A stretch of DNA of 50,144 bases from Patescibacteria group bacterium (GTDB taxonomy: Bacteria > Patescibacteriota > Minisyncoccia > Phycocordibacterales > VMEP01): contig JBBTQM010000016.1 of the NCBI GenBank assembly GCA_038065675.1, positions 1 through 50,144 of the forward strand, written 5' to 3'. The notes beneath the pieces are model-generated. The model did not search any database and was not told the DNA's origin. It was given only the letters and a program-made list of their open reading frames with translations. Positions 40,845 through 50,051 of the stretch are shown here, piece after piece. A program made the translations under genes and the position numbers. Positions within the stretch are counted from its first letter, which is position 1. Every line of letters begins with the position of its first letter.

Positions 40845-42348
40845 TAAATCGCAGAGCAAAACGAGCAAGGACTCGATTGACCAGAGTAGTAAAAAAGAAC
40901 TCAAACCTCGTCCGATGGTTGCCTGCACACTCCCCGACGGAACACTCGTAGATATGGTCTACTCGACCACCACGGGAGCATCATTCGCAGTCGCTCAAGG
41001 AGATAAAATCTTTGGTCTGCCAGAACTCTACGTCGGCCAAGATGGAAATCTGGTCATGCAGGAAAAGGACGCGGTCTACAAATATGTACCGTCGTGGATT
41101 CTGAAAGACCATGTAAAAAAGAATTTCATCCACATCGCTTCGCATCAAGAGGAATATGGCTCAATGTCCGACCTGTATCAAGAGATTCGCTCACACATCA
41201 AGAAGTACGTCGTGCTAGAAGATCCTCGCTTCTATGATGTTGCCGTGGGGTATGTGTTGATGACTTGGGTCTACGATCGCTTCAACACAGTTCCGTACCT
41301 TCGTGTGGTGGGAGATCTCGGTACTGGCAAATCACGCTTCCTCGATGTTATTGGAAAACTCTGTAACCGCTCCCTTATGGCAAGTTCTATTTCGCCTGCA
41401 GCCATTTATCGCACGCTCGACCAAGTTGAAGGAACTCTCGTCTACGACGAAGCAGACTTCAAGTCGTCAGATATGACCGACGACATCGTGAAGCTGCTGA
41501 ACAGTGGGAATAAGAAAGGAGCGCCTGTCGTGAAGATGGAAGTATCCGATGATTCTATAAAGACCGTCACGTTCCGTGTGTTTGGTCCAAAGATACTTGG
41601 TTCCCGACGCAACTGGTCAGACCTCGCGCTTGAAAGCCGTTGCATCACATATAAGTTGTTCCCACTGAAGAAGGTTGATGTCTCAGTTCACCTACCGCCG
41701 TCGTTCGACGCAGAAACACAGATGCTCCGCAATAAGTTGCTGATGTTCAGACTCAAGAACTATCACATTATTCAGGAGACAGAGGATTCTCTTGGAGGGA
41801 TAGAATTTCCGAGGCTCCGCCAAGCAGTGCTCGCACTTACGTCAGTGCTCCAAGTGGTTGATAGAGAAGCTTTAGGAATAGTCCTCGATTTCCTAGGAGA
41901 CTATGAGAAAACACTTCTCGATACCGTGTCCACCGATAGTCATGCAGACGTACTTCTATCTATCGCTTGGCTCCTAGAGTTCGACGACATCATCAGGGAC
42001 TCTGGAAAGATGTACATGGAGTCGATTAAGAATAAGTTCAATGCCATGTATTACGAAGACTACGCGGAACGTGAGACTAAAGAGGTTCGTCGCGATGGCT
42101 CAGTGATGAGAATCCCAGGGCAAGTAGTCTCGTCAAGAAAGATTGGTAGTTATGTAGATAGGCTCGGCCTCGCCAAAGCAAGAGATGGGGGTGGTATCTA
42201 TATTCCACTTGGCAAAGAAGCTCCCAAGATTCAGAAGTTAGTTGCTCGCTTCGGCTTGCAGGATATTCTCACTGGATTTCGTGCCGATGAAGAGGAGGCT
42301 CGCAACAATCCAAATGCATTCAAGGAGGATAAGGAGAGACCTTTCTAG
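40834..42348 (+). CDS. P-loop NTPase of mobile-element replication/mobilisation type (DUF3631-like)
   Basis: Walker A GDLGTGKSR and Walker B TLVYDEADF. The context ISPAAIYRTLDQVEGTLVYDEAD...LLNSGNKKGAPVVK resembles island/plasmid primase-associated ATPases (recollection). Confidence 0.7.
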   Translation: MESSKSQSKTSKDSIDQSSKKELKPRPMVACTLPDGTLVDMVYSTTTGASFAVAQGDKIFGLPELYVGQDGNLVMQEKDAVYKYVPSWILKDHVKKNFIHIASHQEEYGSMSDLYQEIRSHIKKYVVLEDPRFYDVAVGYVLMTWVYDRFNTVPYLRVVGDLGTGKSRFLDVIGKLCNRSLMASSISPAAIYRTLDQVEGTLVYDEADFKSSDMTDDIVKLLNSGNKKGAPVVKMEVSDDSIKTVTFRVFGPKILGSRRNWSDLALESRCITYKLFPLKKVDVSVHLPPSFDAETQMLRNKLLMFRLKNYHIIQETEDSLGGIEFPRLRQAVLALTSVLQVVDREALGIVLDFLGDYEKTLLDTVSTDSHADVLLSIAWLLEFDDIIRDSGKMYMESIKNKFNAMYYEDYAERETKEVRRDGSVMRIPGQVVSSRKIGSYVDRLGLAKARDGGGIYIPLGKEAPKIQKLVARFGLQDILTGFRADEEEARNNPNAFKEDKERPF

Positions 42349-42480
42349 ACCTCAACTCATTAACATCGTTAACATCATTACTATTCCAACACGCCACACG
42401 TTGTAGACAGGTTCTAACATTTTTTTCCTGTACAGAACTCGCGAGCCAAATACCATCGGCAACATGATCCATATGTTGCC

Positions 42481-42666
42481 ATGTCTATGAAAAAGGTAGT
42501 TGTCTCTCGAAAAGTGAGCTCTCCAGCACCGAACAGGTTTGATGCCTGTGAACTTGCGAAAGGTTTGATTTTCGCCAGTGGTTTTAGTCATGGGCAAGTT
42601 GCTTATGTTAAATACCGTTCTGGCAAACTCACGATTCATCTGGGTAAGAAAGTGAAAGAGGAATAA
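42481..42666 (+). CDS. Small hypothetical protein (61 aa) upstream of the recombinase; possible directionality factor
   Basis: Only its position immediately upstream of the recombinase supports the call, and there is no RBS. The overlapping minus-strand ORF 42352-42684 looks less protein-like. Confidence 0.3.
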   Translation: MSMKKVVVSRKVSSPAPNRFDACELAKGLIFASGFSHGQVAYVKYRSGKLTIHLGKKVKEE

Positions 42667-42676
42667 CTCGCGTGTC

Positions 42677-44380
42677 GTGTCCATTAAATTTATGAAAGAA
42701 GATTACAGTCACCTAAAATTCGTTTACTACGGGCGTCGCTCGATAAAGGCCAATAAGACTGAATTGGACACAAGAATTGCGTCCCTTGATTCTCAAAAGT
42801 TTGAGATTGATCAACTCGCCGATAGATACAATATAACCATTCTCAAAACGTTCAGTGAAACGGAATCCGCCAGCGAGGCTGATGAGCGTCCAGAGTTCGA
42901 GAAGATGGTTGCCTATATTAAGTCTGGCAAGGCAAATGCAATTCTTTGTTTCGCAATTGATCGTTTGTCTCGTAATCCTATGGACAGTGCAAAAATTGAA
43001 ACTATGCTACAGAAAGGAAATCTGCAGATGGTTCTTGCACCTGATAGGAAGTGGACTCTCGATGGTCACGTCATTGCACGTGTTGTAGAAGCTGCGGCAG
43101 CAAACCAGTACATCATTGATCTCAAAAAACATATAAAGCGTGGGCAAGGAGACGCAGTGCGTCGTGGGTTCAGACCTGGCCTTGCTCCAATTGGATATAT
43201 AAACAGTAGATATCGTGAGAAGGGAATGGATGAGGAAATTAAGGTAGATGAACATCCATTCAGAATCCTCCGCTCGATGTTCGATAGAGTTTTGTCGGGC
43301 CAGTACACACCTTTCCAAGTATTGAAGTGGGCTACAGAGGTAGAAGGTTTCCGTTCTCGTAAAACAAGACGCTATCCCAAGGGCCGACCTCTATCCAAAG
43401 CTGCTTGGTACAATATTCTTTCTTCGCGTTTTTACTATGGAGAGTTTGAGTATCCAACAGGAGCTGGCAACTGGACTCAAATTACAGGTATGTACTACAA
43501 GCCTCTAATTACACGGGCAGAGTTTGAGACGGTTCAACATATTCTCCGTAAAGATGCTCCGCGCCCTAAGAAGCACGAACATGCGTATGTAGGACTTATG
43601 CGCTGTGGCCATTGTGGTGCAAGAATCACTTGTGAAGCCAAGACCAAACGCCAGAAGAATGGGAATGTTCACCACTATTCCTACTACCGTTGTACTGGCC
43701 AAGTTGATCCAGACTGCACTGAGAAATGCACTCGTCAGGACAGGCTAGAAGAACAGGTGGTTAACTACCTATCTTCAATCCAGATTTCTCCCGCCTTCCA
43801 TCAGTGGGCGATCAGTGAACTCAAAAAGGAATACGACAGAGAGATGGATAACAAAACCTCAGTCCTCTATTTGCAACATCGTGAGCACCAAAAAGTTAAA
43901 GAGATGCTTACGCGCCTCTACGATATGAGATTGGTGGGAGATATTGACTCCGACTATTTCCAGAAAGAGAAGGGTAGATTAGAAACTGAGGAAAAGAGGC
44001 TTGATGGTCAATTGGCAGTTATAAACGCACGCGTCCAAACATGGATATATGATGCTGAACGCATAATGACCTTCGCAGAGCGCGCCGCCAGTGAGTTTAA
44101 GAAGGGGTCTATGGAGAAGAGACGCTCTATTCTTGCTGCTCTTGGTACCGAACATAAACTCATGAACCGTGAGTTGACTATAAAAACACAAAAACCACTC
44201 CGTGTGGTACACGAAATGGTTTCTGAGTCGAAAGAAGCAGGATTTCCATTAGAACCTCCCAAAGAGCCTTTAGAATATGGCTCAAATGGAAAAAAGAAAC
44301 CTGTCAGTCTACGGTTGTGGAGATGGGGGGAATCGAACCCCCGTGCAGGTGAGATGCAACCGAACGTCTACAATGCGTAG
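42677..44380 (+). CDS. Large serine recombinase (phage-integrase type)
   Basis: Resolvase-type N-domain with catalytic-Ser context FVYYGRRSIKAN. Recombinase domain (GLAPIGY), zinc ribbon (CGHCGARITC...YYRCTG) and coiled coil. The start may be the ATG at 42692. The last 63 nt overlap ssrA on the opposite strand. Confidence 0.9.
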   Translation: MSIKFMKEDYSHLKFVYYGRRSIKANKTELDTRIASLDSQKFEIDQLADRYNITILKTFSETESASEADERPEFEKMVAYIKSGKANAILCFAIDRLSRNPMDSAKIETMLQKGNLQMVLAPDRKWTLDGHVIARVVEAAAANQYIIDLKKHIKRGQGDAVRRGFRPGLAPIGYINSRYREKGMDEEIKVDEHPFRILRSMFDRVLSGQYTPFQVLKWATEVEGFRSRKTRRYPKGRPLSKAAWYNILSSRFYYGEFEYPTGAGNWTQITGMYYKPLITRAEFETVQHILRKDAPRPKKHEHAYVGLMRCGHCGARITCEAKTKRQKNGNVHHYSYYRCTGQVDPDCTEKCTRQDRLEEQVVNYLSSIQISPAFHQWAISELKKEYDREMDNKTSVLYLQHREHQKVKEMLTRLYDMRLVGDIDSDYFQKEKGRLETEEKRLDGQLAVINARVQTWIYDAERIMTFAERAASEFKKGSMEKRRSILAALGTEHKLMNRELTIKTQKPLRVVHEMVSESKEAGFPLEPPKEPLEYGSNGKKKPVSLRLWRWGESNPRAGEMQPNVYNA

Positions 44381-44689
44381 TCTTTTTCGAAGTTTAAGAA
44401 AGGCGGTAAGAGAAAGACAAGATAACGCCCTCCCGATTCTCTATTTTCTCAAACGGCGCGAGAGACACGCGCCGTTCCAGTCTGAAAAGATGACACCCGT
44501 CACAACGTATCAGACGTCGGAAGTGCGGATGCGGCTTAGGCTAAAGCGAAAGCCGGAGCGTAAGGAGATAGAATCCCCTTAGCTTTTGAAAGTGCATTTG
44601 CATGTACTTTTTCCGAAAGTTTAGCGAGATTTCGGAGCTCGGCATTGCAATCCGGAAGCGATCAGCATCTGTCTATGCCGATCATCCCC
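44318..44689 (-). ncRNA. ssrA: tmRNA (SsrA)
   Basis: On the minus strand, 5' GGGGAUGAUCGGCAUAGACAG... to ...GGGGGUUCGAUUCCCCCCAUCUCCA 3'. Acceptor stem with G3-U70, T-arm GGGGG/UUCGAUU/CCCCC. An Ala-rich tag frame ends ...YAPAFALA-UAA. Adjacent to smpB. CCA is not encoded. Confidence 0.9.
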
Positions 44690-44783
44690 ATTTGAAAAAC
44701 TTATAACTTATAACTAATAACAAGTAACAAAAATCGTCAGTATATATTCTTCGTTAAGTGTTATTAGTTAATTGTCACTTGTT

Positions 44784-45230
44784 TTAAATGTGTTTTTTCA
44801 ACGTTCTTTCGATGTCACGTTTCGCATCGCGTTTTTTCAAGGTTTCCCGCTTATCGTATTTTTTCTTGCCGCGGGCAACCGCTAGCGAAACTTTTATCTT
44901 AGAGCCTTTACTATACATTGAAATTGGCACTATTGTCAAGCCACGTTTGGCTTCCTCTCCGGCTATCATTCTTATTTCTTTTTTTGTCAAAAGGAGGCGG
45001 CGCGTGCGCAGGGGGTCGTAGCCTTTCGGCGCGTTTGCCGGCTGGTGCGCGGGAATGTTTGCGCCGACAAGATATGCCTCGCCGCCGCGCACTATGATGT
45101 GCGCGCCGTCCAAAGAGCCGTGGTGGGTTTTTACGGACTTTACCTCGGTTCCCAGAAGCTCTATTCCGGCATCAAATTTTTCCAGAAACTCGTATTTTAG
45201 CCACGCTTTTTTGTATTCAACTAGAGACAT
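44784..45230 (-). CDS. smpB: SsrA-binding protein SmpB
   Basis: 148 aa. YEFLEKFDAGIELLGTEVKS and a basic C-terminal tail. Confidence 0.95.
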   Translation of the reverse strand: MSLVEYKKAWLKYEFLEKFDAGIELLGTEVKSVKTHHGSLDGAHIIVRGGEAYLVGANIPAHQPANAPKGYDPLRTRRLLLTKKEIRMIAGEEAKRGLTIVPISMYSKGSKIKVSLAVARGKKKYDKRETLKKRDAKRDIERTLKKHI

Positions 45231-45276
45231 ACATAATTATCGTAGCACACTTTTATTTAGCTTAAGTTTGAGTATA

Positions 45277-47205
45277 ATGATGTCTATGTCTCTCCTAAAA
45301 CCCAATAAAAACAAGGACGAAAGAGGCGGCAAGGCTCCGAAAATCAACCGCCGCCAGCTCCTTTCCAATTTCCTGACCGCCATCATTATTTTTCTAGTTT
45401 TGATGAGTCTTTACACCGTCTTTACGGATAGTAAGAATGATATTAAAGAACTTCCTTTGTCAGACGTGTCAAAAAAGATGCTTGCCGGGGAGGTTAAAAA
45501 AATCACCGTAGAAGGGGAGAAGCTTTCGGTTGTTCTCAAAGACAACACGACGATTGTGTCCAAAAAAGAAAGCGAAGCGTCTCTTTCGGAGACATTCAAA
45601 AATTACGGGGTAACGCCGGAGCGTCTTGCCGGAGTTGAAATAGAAATCAAGAGCAATACCGGCTTATCATTCTGGCTTTTGAATATTTTGCCGTTCGCCA
45701 TCCCGATAATTTTCATTATTGTTTTTTTCTGGTTTATATCGCGGCAAGTGCGCGGCGCCGGCATGCAGGCGTTTTCCTTCGGGCAGTCCAAGGCGCGCGT
45801 AATTAATCCGGACGACCAAAATCAAAAAGTTACCTTCAAGGATGTTGCGGGAGTAAAAGAGGCGAAAGAAGAACTCAAAGAAATCGTTGATTTTTTGCGC
45901 AACCCGAAAAAATTCTTGGATATCGGCGCGCGCATCCCCAAGGGGGTAATTCTCATGGGCGCGCCCGGAACAGGGAAAACAATTCTCGCGCGCGCCGTGG
46001 CGGGAGAAGCCGGAGTTCCGTTTTTCCATCTTTCAGGTTCGGAATTCGTTGAAATGTTTGTCGGCGTCGGCGCTTCGCGCGTGCGCGACCTTTTCATGAT
46101 GGCGAAAAAAGCGGCACCGGCGATTATTTTTGTTGATGAAATTGACGCCGTTGGCCGCGTGCGCGGGACGGGAATCGGCGGCGGCAATGACGAGCGCGAG
46201 CAGACTCTCAACCAAATTCTTGTGGAGATGGACGGATTTGAGCCCACAGAAAAAGTTATTGTTATGGCGGCGACGAACCGGCCGGATGTTTTGGACCCGG
46301 CGCTTCTTCGCCCCGGGCGCTTTGACCGCCGCGTCATTCTTGAACTTCCGGACCGCAATGACCGCGAGGAAATTTTAAAAATACACGCCGTAAAAAAACC
46401 GCTTGCCGAGGACGTTAATCTTCGTACCGTCGCCGAACGTACCCCCGGATTTTCCGGCGCCGATTTGTATTCCCTTATGAACGAAGGCGCGATTCTCGCC
46501 GCGCGCGAAGAAAGAAAAAAAGTTTCTCAATACGATTTAATCCGCGCCATAGAAAAAGTTATGCTGGGGCCTGAACGCAAAAGCCACGTCCTTTCAAAAA
46601 AAGAAAAGGAAATTACCGCTTATCACGAGGCGGGGCATGCGCTTGCCGCTTCCGTTCTCCCGTATGCCGACCCGGTGCACAAAATATCAATCGTCGCCAG
46701 AGGACATGCCGGCGGCTATACGCTCAAGCTTCCCCTTGAAGAAAGGCGGCTTCAGTCGCGCAAAGAATTTTTGGATGACATAGCGGTTGCTTTGGGCGGA
46801 TACGTTGCCGAAGAAATGATGTTTGGCGACATTACTACAGGGCCGTCTAGCGACCTGCAGGTCGCGACGGCGGTCGCGCGCGACATGGTAACGCGTTACG
46901 GAATGTCGGCGCTCGGGCCCGTGGCTCTTGAAGAAATGGTAGGAAGGTCTCCGTTTGGCAGAGGGCTTGAGGGCAGGGAATATTCAGAAGAGGTGTCGGC
47001 GAAAATAGACGCCGAGGTTTCCAAAATATTAAATGAGGCTTTTGCCAAGACAAGAAAAGTTTTGAAAGACCACAAAAAGGCGCTTGATGCCATCGCTTCA
47101 CGCCTGATTGAAACGGAAACAATAGAACAGGAAGAATACGAGAAAATAATTATCGCAAACGGCATAATGCCGAAGAAGCGCGAGGAAATGAATTTGGCGA
47201 TTTAA
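45277..47205 (+). CDS. ftsH: ATP-dependent zinc metalloprotease FtsH
   Basis: The ORF-track start at 45055 overlaps smpB and is rejected. Candidate ATGs are at 45277, 45280 and 45286. There is a TM helix, Walker A GAPGTGKT, Walker [12 protein letters not shown], and the zinc site HEAGHAL. Confidence 0.93.
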   Translation: MMSMSLLKPNKNKDERGGKAPKINRRQLLSNFLTAIIIFLVLMSLYTVFTDSKNDIKELPLSDVSKKMLAGEVKKITVEGEKLSVVLKDNTTIVSKKESEASLSETFKNYGVTPERLAGVEIEIKSNTGLSFWLLNILPFAIPIIFIIVFFWFISRQVRGAGMQAFSFGQSKARVINPDDQNQKVTFKDVAGVKEAKEELKEIVDFLRNPKKFLDIGARIPKGVILMGAPGTGKTILARAVAGEAGVPFFHLSGSEFVEMFVGVGASRVRDLFMMAKKAAPAIIFVDEIDAVGRVRGTGIGGGNDEREQTLNQILVEMDGFEPTEKVIVMAATNRPDVLDPALLRPGRFDRRVILELPDRNDREEILKIHAVKKPLAEDVNLRTVAERTPGFSGADLYSLMNEGAILAAREERKKVSQYDLIRAIEKVMLGPERKSHVLSKKEKEITAYHEAGHALAASVLPYADPVHKISIVARGHAGGYTLKLPLEERRLQSRKEFLDDIAVALGGYVAEEMMFGDITTGPSSDLQVATAVARDMVTRYGMSALGPVALEEMVGRSPFGRGLEGREYSEEVSAKIDAEVSKILNEAFAKTRKVLKDHKKALDAIASRLIETETIEQEEYEKIIIANGIMPKKREEMNLAI

Positions 47206-47308
47206 AAACTATAACAAGTAACTAATCAACTTATAACAAGATAAAAAATTATTTCAGGCGTTTTTATCGGTTGTTTACGCGGGAATAATGTATTAGTGTA
47301 TTTATATT

Positions 47309-47382
47309 CCACCCCTAGCTCAGTTGGTTAGAGCACAGAGCTTATACCTCTGCGGTCCTTGGTTCGAATCCAAGGGGGTGGA
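47309..47382 (+). tRNA. tRNA-Ile with anticodon UAU
   Basis: Hand-folded cloverleaf: acceptor CCACCCC/GGGGTGG, U8 A9, D-arm GCTC-AGTTGGTTA-GAGC, anticodon arm CAGAG-CTTATAC-CTCTG (anticodon TAT at 47343-47345), variable loop CGGTC, T-arm CTTGG-TTCGAAT-CCAAG, discriminator A. CCA is not encoded. Confidence 0.85.
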
Positions 47383-47397
47383 CAGAAAAATAAAAAA

Positions 47398-47420
47398 GCC
47401 GCGCTTCGGGGGCGCGGCCG
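47398..47420. terminator. Bidirectional terminator hairpin
   Basis: GCCGCGC, loop TTCGGGG, GCGCGGC, preceded by an A-run. It lies between the tRNA and the convergent response-regulator gene. Confidence 0.6.
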
Positions 47421-47435
47421 TGGCGGTCATGGGAC

Positions 47436-47807
47436 TCATAGCTTACCGAGCCCATCTAGAACGGAGATGGCGATTTCCGGGAAATCGCTTTTTTCGCATG
47501 CGTACGAGGCGCCGCATTGCATGAGTTTTTTGTTGAAAGACGGGTCGGACGAAGTGGTGATAATCGGCCCTCTCCAGTCCGCCCTTATCCTTTGGGTGAG
47601 CATGAGAGTGTCGGGGGTTTTGCCCGACAGACAGGCGTCCATACCGATGAGGTCTAATCCCGAGACGTTATCCTTAAACAACTTTTCCGCCTCTGCTTCC
47701 GTTTTAGCCACGAGCAACCGGCAGAATTTTTCGAGCCTTACCGAGAAAGACCGGCAGACCCACTCCTTGTCTTCCACTACCAACACCAACGGCTTGTCGT
47801 AAGACAT
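47436..47807 (-). CDS. Single-domain response regulator (CheY-like receiver)
   Basis: Start taken at the ATG at 47807 with an AGGAGG RBS. PLVLVVEDKE and LIGMDACL resemble the acidic pocket and phospho-acceptor contexts. Confidence 0.7.
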   Translation of the reverse strand: MSYDKPLVLVVEDKEWVCRSFSVRLEKFCRLLVAKTEAEAEKLFKDNVSGLDLIGMDACLSGKTPDTLMLTQRIRADWRGPIITTSSDPSFNKKLMQCGASYACEKSDFPEIAISVLDGLGKL

Positions 47808-47870
47808 AGGTTCTCCTCCTGGATGTTCAGCCTTATTCTTTCTACTCCTTGAGCCGGGGTTTTGCAAGCA

Positions 47871-50051
47871 TCACTCAAAATGCATTTTTCCGGACTTCTC
47901 AATTATTTTTTTAAGTCCAGGATGATTTTTCAGTTCCGGGTCTTTCGTTATTATATTTTTTGCCGATTCGCGCGCCGCTTCCACCATTTTTATGTTTTTT
48001 ATCGCTTCCATCGCCAGGTCGGAGAGCCCCCATTGTTTGCCGCCGCTAAGTTCTCCGGCGCCTCTCATTTTTAAATCCGTCTCCGCCAGTTCAAACCCGC
48101 TTTTGGCGTCCCTGATAGCCCTCAATCGTTCGCCTGATTTTCCGTTTTTTGTTTCGGAAAAGAGATAGCAGTATGCCTGATGCGAACTCCTTAAAACTCG
48201 TCCGCGGAGCTGATGAAGCTGGGAGAGTCCGAAACGCTCCGCTCCTTCTATTATTATTGAGGTCGCGTTTTCAACGTTGACCCCGACTTCAACCATTGAG
48301 GTGGCGACAAGGATATCCGTTTCCCCTTCGGTAAATTTTTTCATCACCGCCTCCTTTTCCTTGTCTTTCATTTTGCTATGGAGAATGGCGATTTCATGCT
48401 CCGGAAAAATTTCTTTTTTGAGCCGCGCCGCTTCCGCTTTTACTGATTTTGCCAGCAATGCCAATTCTTTGTCAGGGTCAGGCTCGTCTATTCGCGGGCA
48501 AATAACGTACGCTTGCCTGCCGGCGCTAAGTTCCTTCCTGATTTTTTCATAAACCCCGCCGCGCTTTTCCTTAGATACTATTTCGGTCAATACCGTTTTT
48601 CTTCCTTCCGGCATTTCGTCAATAAGGGTCAAGTCCAAATCGCCGTAAATAGTGAGTGCGAGAGTCCGAGGTATCGGTGTTGCGGTCATGGAGAGCAGGT
48701 GCGGAACGGTGGAATTGGTGCCGGTGTTTTTTTGCGCCAAGGCGCTTCGCTGAAAGGTTCCAAAACGGTGCTGTTCATCTATTATGGAAAGCGCCAAATG
48801 CTTGAAAGAAACGGATTTTTGTATTATGGCGTGCGTACCGATAAGAATCGGTATTTCCCCGTTAGCTACCCATTTTAAAAGTTGCGCGCGCGATATATCG
48901 GTGGCTTTATCGGGAGATGTTTTTGACGGAAATTTTTTGCACCCGGAGCCGGTTATCAGCCCTATTTGTATCGGAAGATGTGAAAAATACCGCATGAAAG
49001 ATTCAAAGTGCTGTTTGGCCAGTATTTCGGTAGGCGCCATGTAGGCGACTTGAAGATTACCGAATTTGCCGCCCGCATTTTCTTTCGGCCGCGTTGAAAC
49101 GATTGCGTAAGCCGCCGCCGCGGCCACCAAGGTTTTGCCGGAACCGACGTCTCCTTCAAGAAGCCGCATCATGGGGGCTCCGCTTCCCAAATCTTTCACG
49201 ATTTCCATAAGGGCACGTTCTTGCGCCGCGGTCGGCTTGAAAGGAAAGCGCGATAAAAAATCACCCATCTCATCACCCAAATCGCGCGCCACGAACGCGG
49301 GGCGCGAACCGTATTCCAGGCGGCGTTTTTGTTCGGCTAGTTGTATCATAAAAATTTGCTCAAAAGAAAAACGTTTTCTGGCGGCAACATTTTCTTTTTC
49401 TTCGCGCGGCGCGTGTATCCACAAAAGAGCGGTTCTTATTCTGGGGAGATGGTACTTATCAAGAACATCGGCCGGAATCGTTTCTTCAATTGAATCAATA
49501 CCACCGGCCAATATTTTTTTTATGGAGTGGTAAAACCACCTAGATGTAATTCCGCGACTCTCGGGGTAAATCGGAAGAAGCGGAGTTTCCGGCATATCGG
49601 TGCCTACTTCAAAAAGCGAGTCGCTTGATTCCGGCAAGGCGCCGCCGCCCCAGTGTTCTATTTCCGGATTCGCAAGATAAAGTCCGTTTTTTCCGGAAGA
49701 AACCGTCCCGCGTAATTTCACCGCGTTTCCATCATGAAACATTTTGGCAAGATACGGTTGATTGAACCAGATAACCTTTATATTTCCGGTCTCGTCTTCA
49801 ACAATTGCTTCACCCAAAGGAGTTTTTTTCCTAAATGCCTTTCTGGTTTTTAATTTTTTTATTTTGCCGTATATCGTAACGCTATCTTTCGGCACAAGTT
49901 CGCTTATTTTTTTTACTTCACGCAAATTATCGTAACGAGACGGGAAATGGTAAAGAAGACCGCGGAGCGTCGTTAAGTTTAGCTTTTTCAGCGCTTTATT
50001 TTGCGCCGGAGTAAGGCGGAAAACGGATTCTATGTTATCCGATAAATTCAT
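47871..50051 (-). CDS. recG: ATP-dependent DNA helicase RecG
   Basis: 726 aa. Wedge/OB N-terminus and helicase motifs GDVGSGKT, DEQHRFG, SMTATPIPRT and QLHQLRGRV. Confidence 0.95.
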   Translation of the reverse strand: MNLSDNIESVFRLTPAQNKALKKLNLTTLRGLLYHFPSRYDNLREVKKISELVPKDSVTIYGKIKKLKTRKAFRKKTPLGEAIVEDETGNIKVIWFNQPYLAKMFHDGNAVKLRGTVSSGKNGLYLANPEIEHWGGGALPESSDSLFEVGTDMPETPLLPIYPESRGITSRWFYHSIKKILAGGIDSIEETIPADVLDKYHLPRIRTALLWIHAPREEKENVAARKRFSFEQIFMIQLAEQKRRLEYGSRPAFVARDLGDEMGDFLSRFPFKPTAAQERALMEIVKDLGSGAPMMRLLEGDVGSGKTLVAAAAAYAIVSTRPKENAGGKFGNLQVAYMAPTEILAKQHFESFMRYFSHLPIQIGLITGSGCKKFPSKTSPDKATDISRAQLLKWVANGEIPILIGTHAIIQKSVSFKHLALSIIDEQHRFGTFQRSALAQKNTGTNSTVPHLLSMTATPIPRTLALTIYGDLDLTLIDEMPEGRKTVLTEIVSKEKRGGVYEKIRKELSAGRQAYVICPRIDEPDPDKELALLAKSVKAEAARLKKEIFPEHEIAILHSKMKDKEKEAVMKKFTEGETDILVATSMVEVGVNVENATSIIIEGAERFGLSQLHQLRGRVLRSSHQAYCYLFSETKNGKSGERLRAIRDAKSGFELAETDLKMRGAGELSGGKQWGLSDLAMEAIKNIKMVEAARESAKNIITKDPELKNHPGLKKIIEKSGKMHFE

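Larger units (their letters stand above)
36069..44327. mobile_element. About 8.2-kb integrated element at the 3' end of ssrA, with a large serine recombinase
   Basis: 12-bp direct repeat TGTGGAGATGGG at 36069-36080 and 44316-44327; the latter covers the last 10 nt of tmRNA. Codon usage and composition differ visibly from the flanks. Cargo includes an XRE repressor, a replication-type ATPase and a recombinase whose ORF reads into ssrA. Confidence 0.75.

Noticed and set aside
40209-40928. ORFs 40209-40403 (+) and 40680-40928 (-) in the island.
   Set aside because: The first spans two hairpins and a terminator and has an odd composition. The second is antisense to the better-supported small coiled-coil ORF and to the ATPase start.
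36407-42385. ATCGTTAACA(A)CATT at 36408-36422 and 42366-42379, considered as inner direct repeats of the island.
   Set aside because: It is a 13/14 match built around a GTTAAC palindrome. Matches of this length are expected many times by chance in 50 kb, and neither position coincides with a compositional boundary.
45055-45276. N-terminal 74-codon extension of ftsH given by the ORF track.
   Set aside because: It is fully antisense to smpB and lacks any FtsH-like sequence. The conserved FtsH N-terminus with its TM helix begins after the ATG cluster at 45277-45288.
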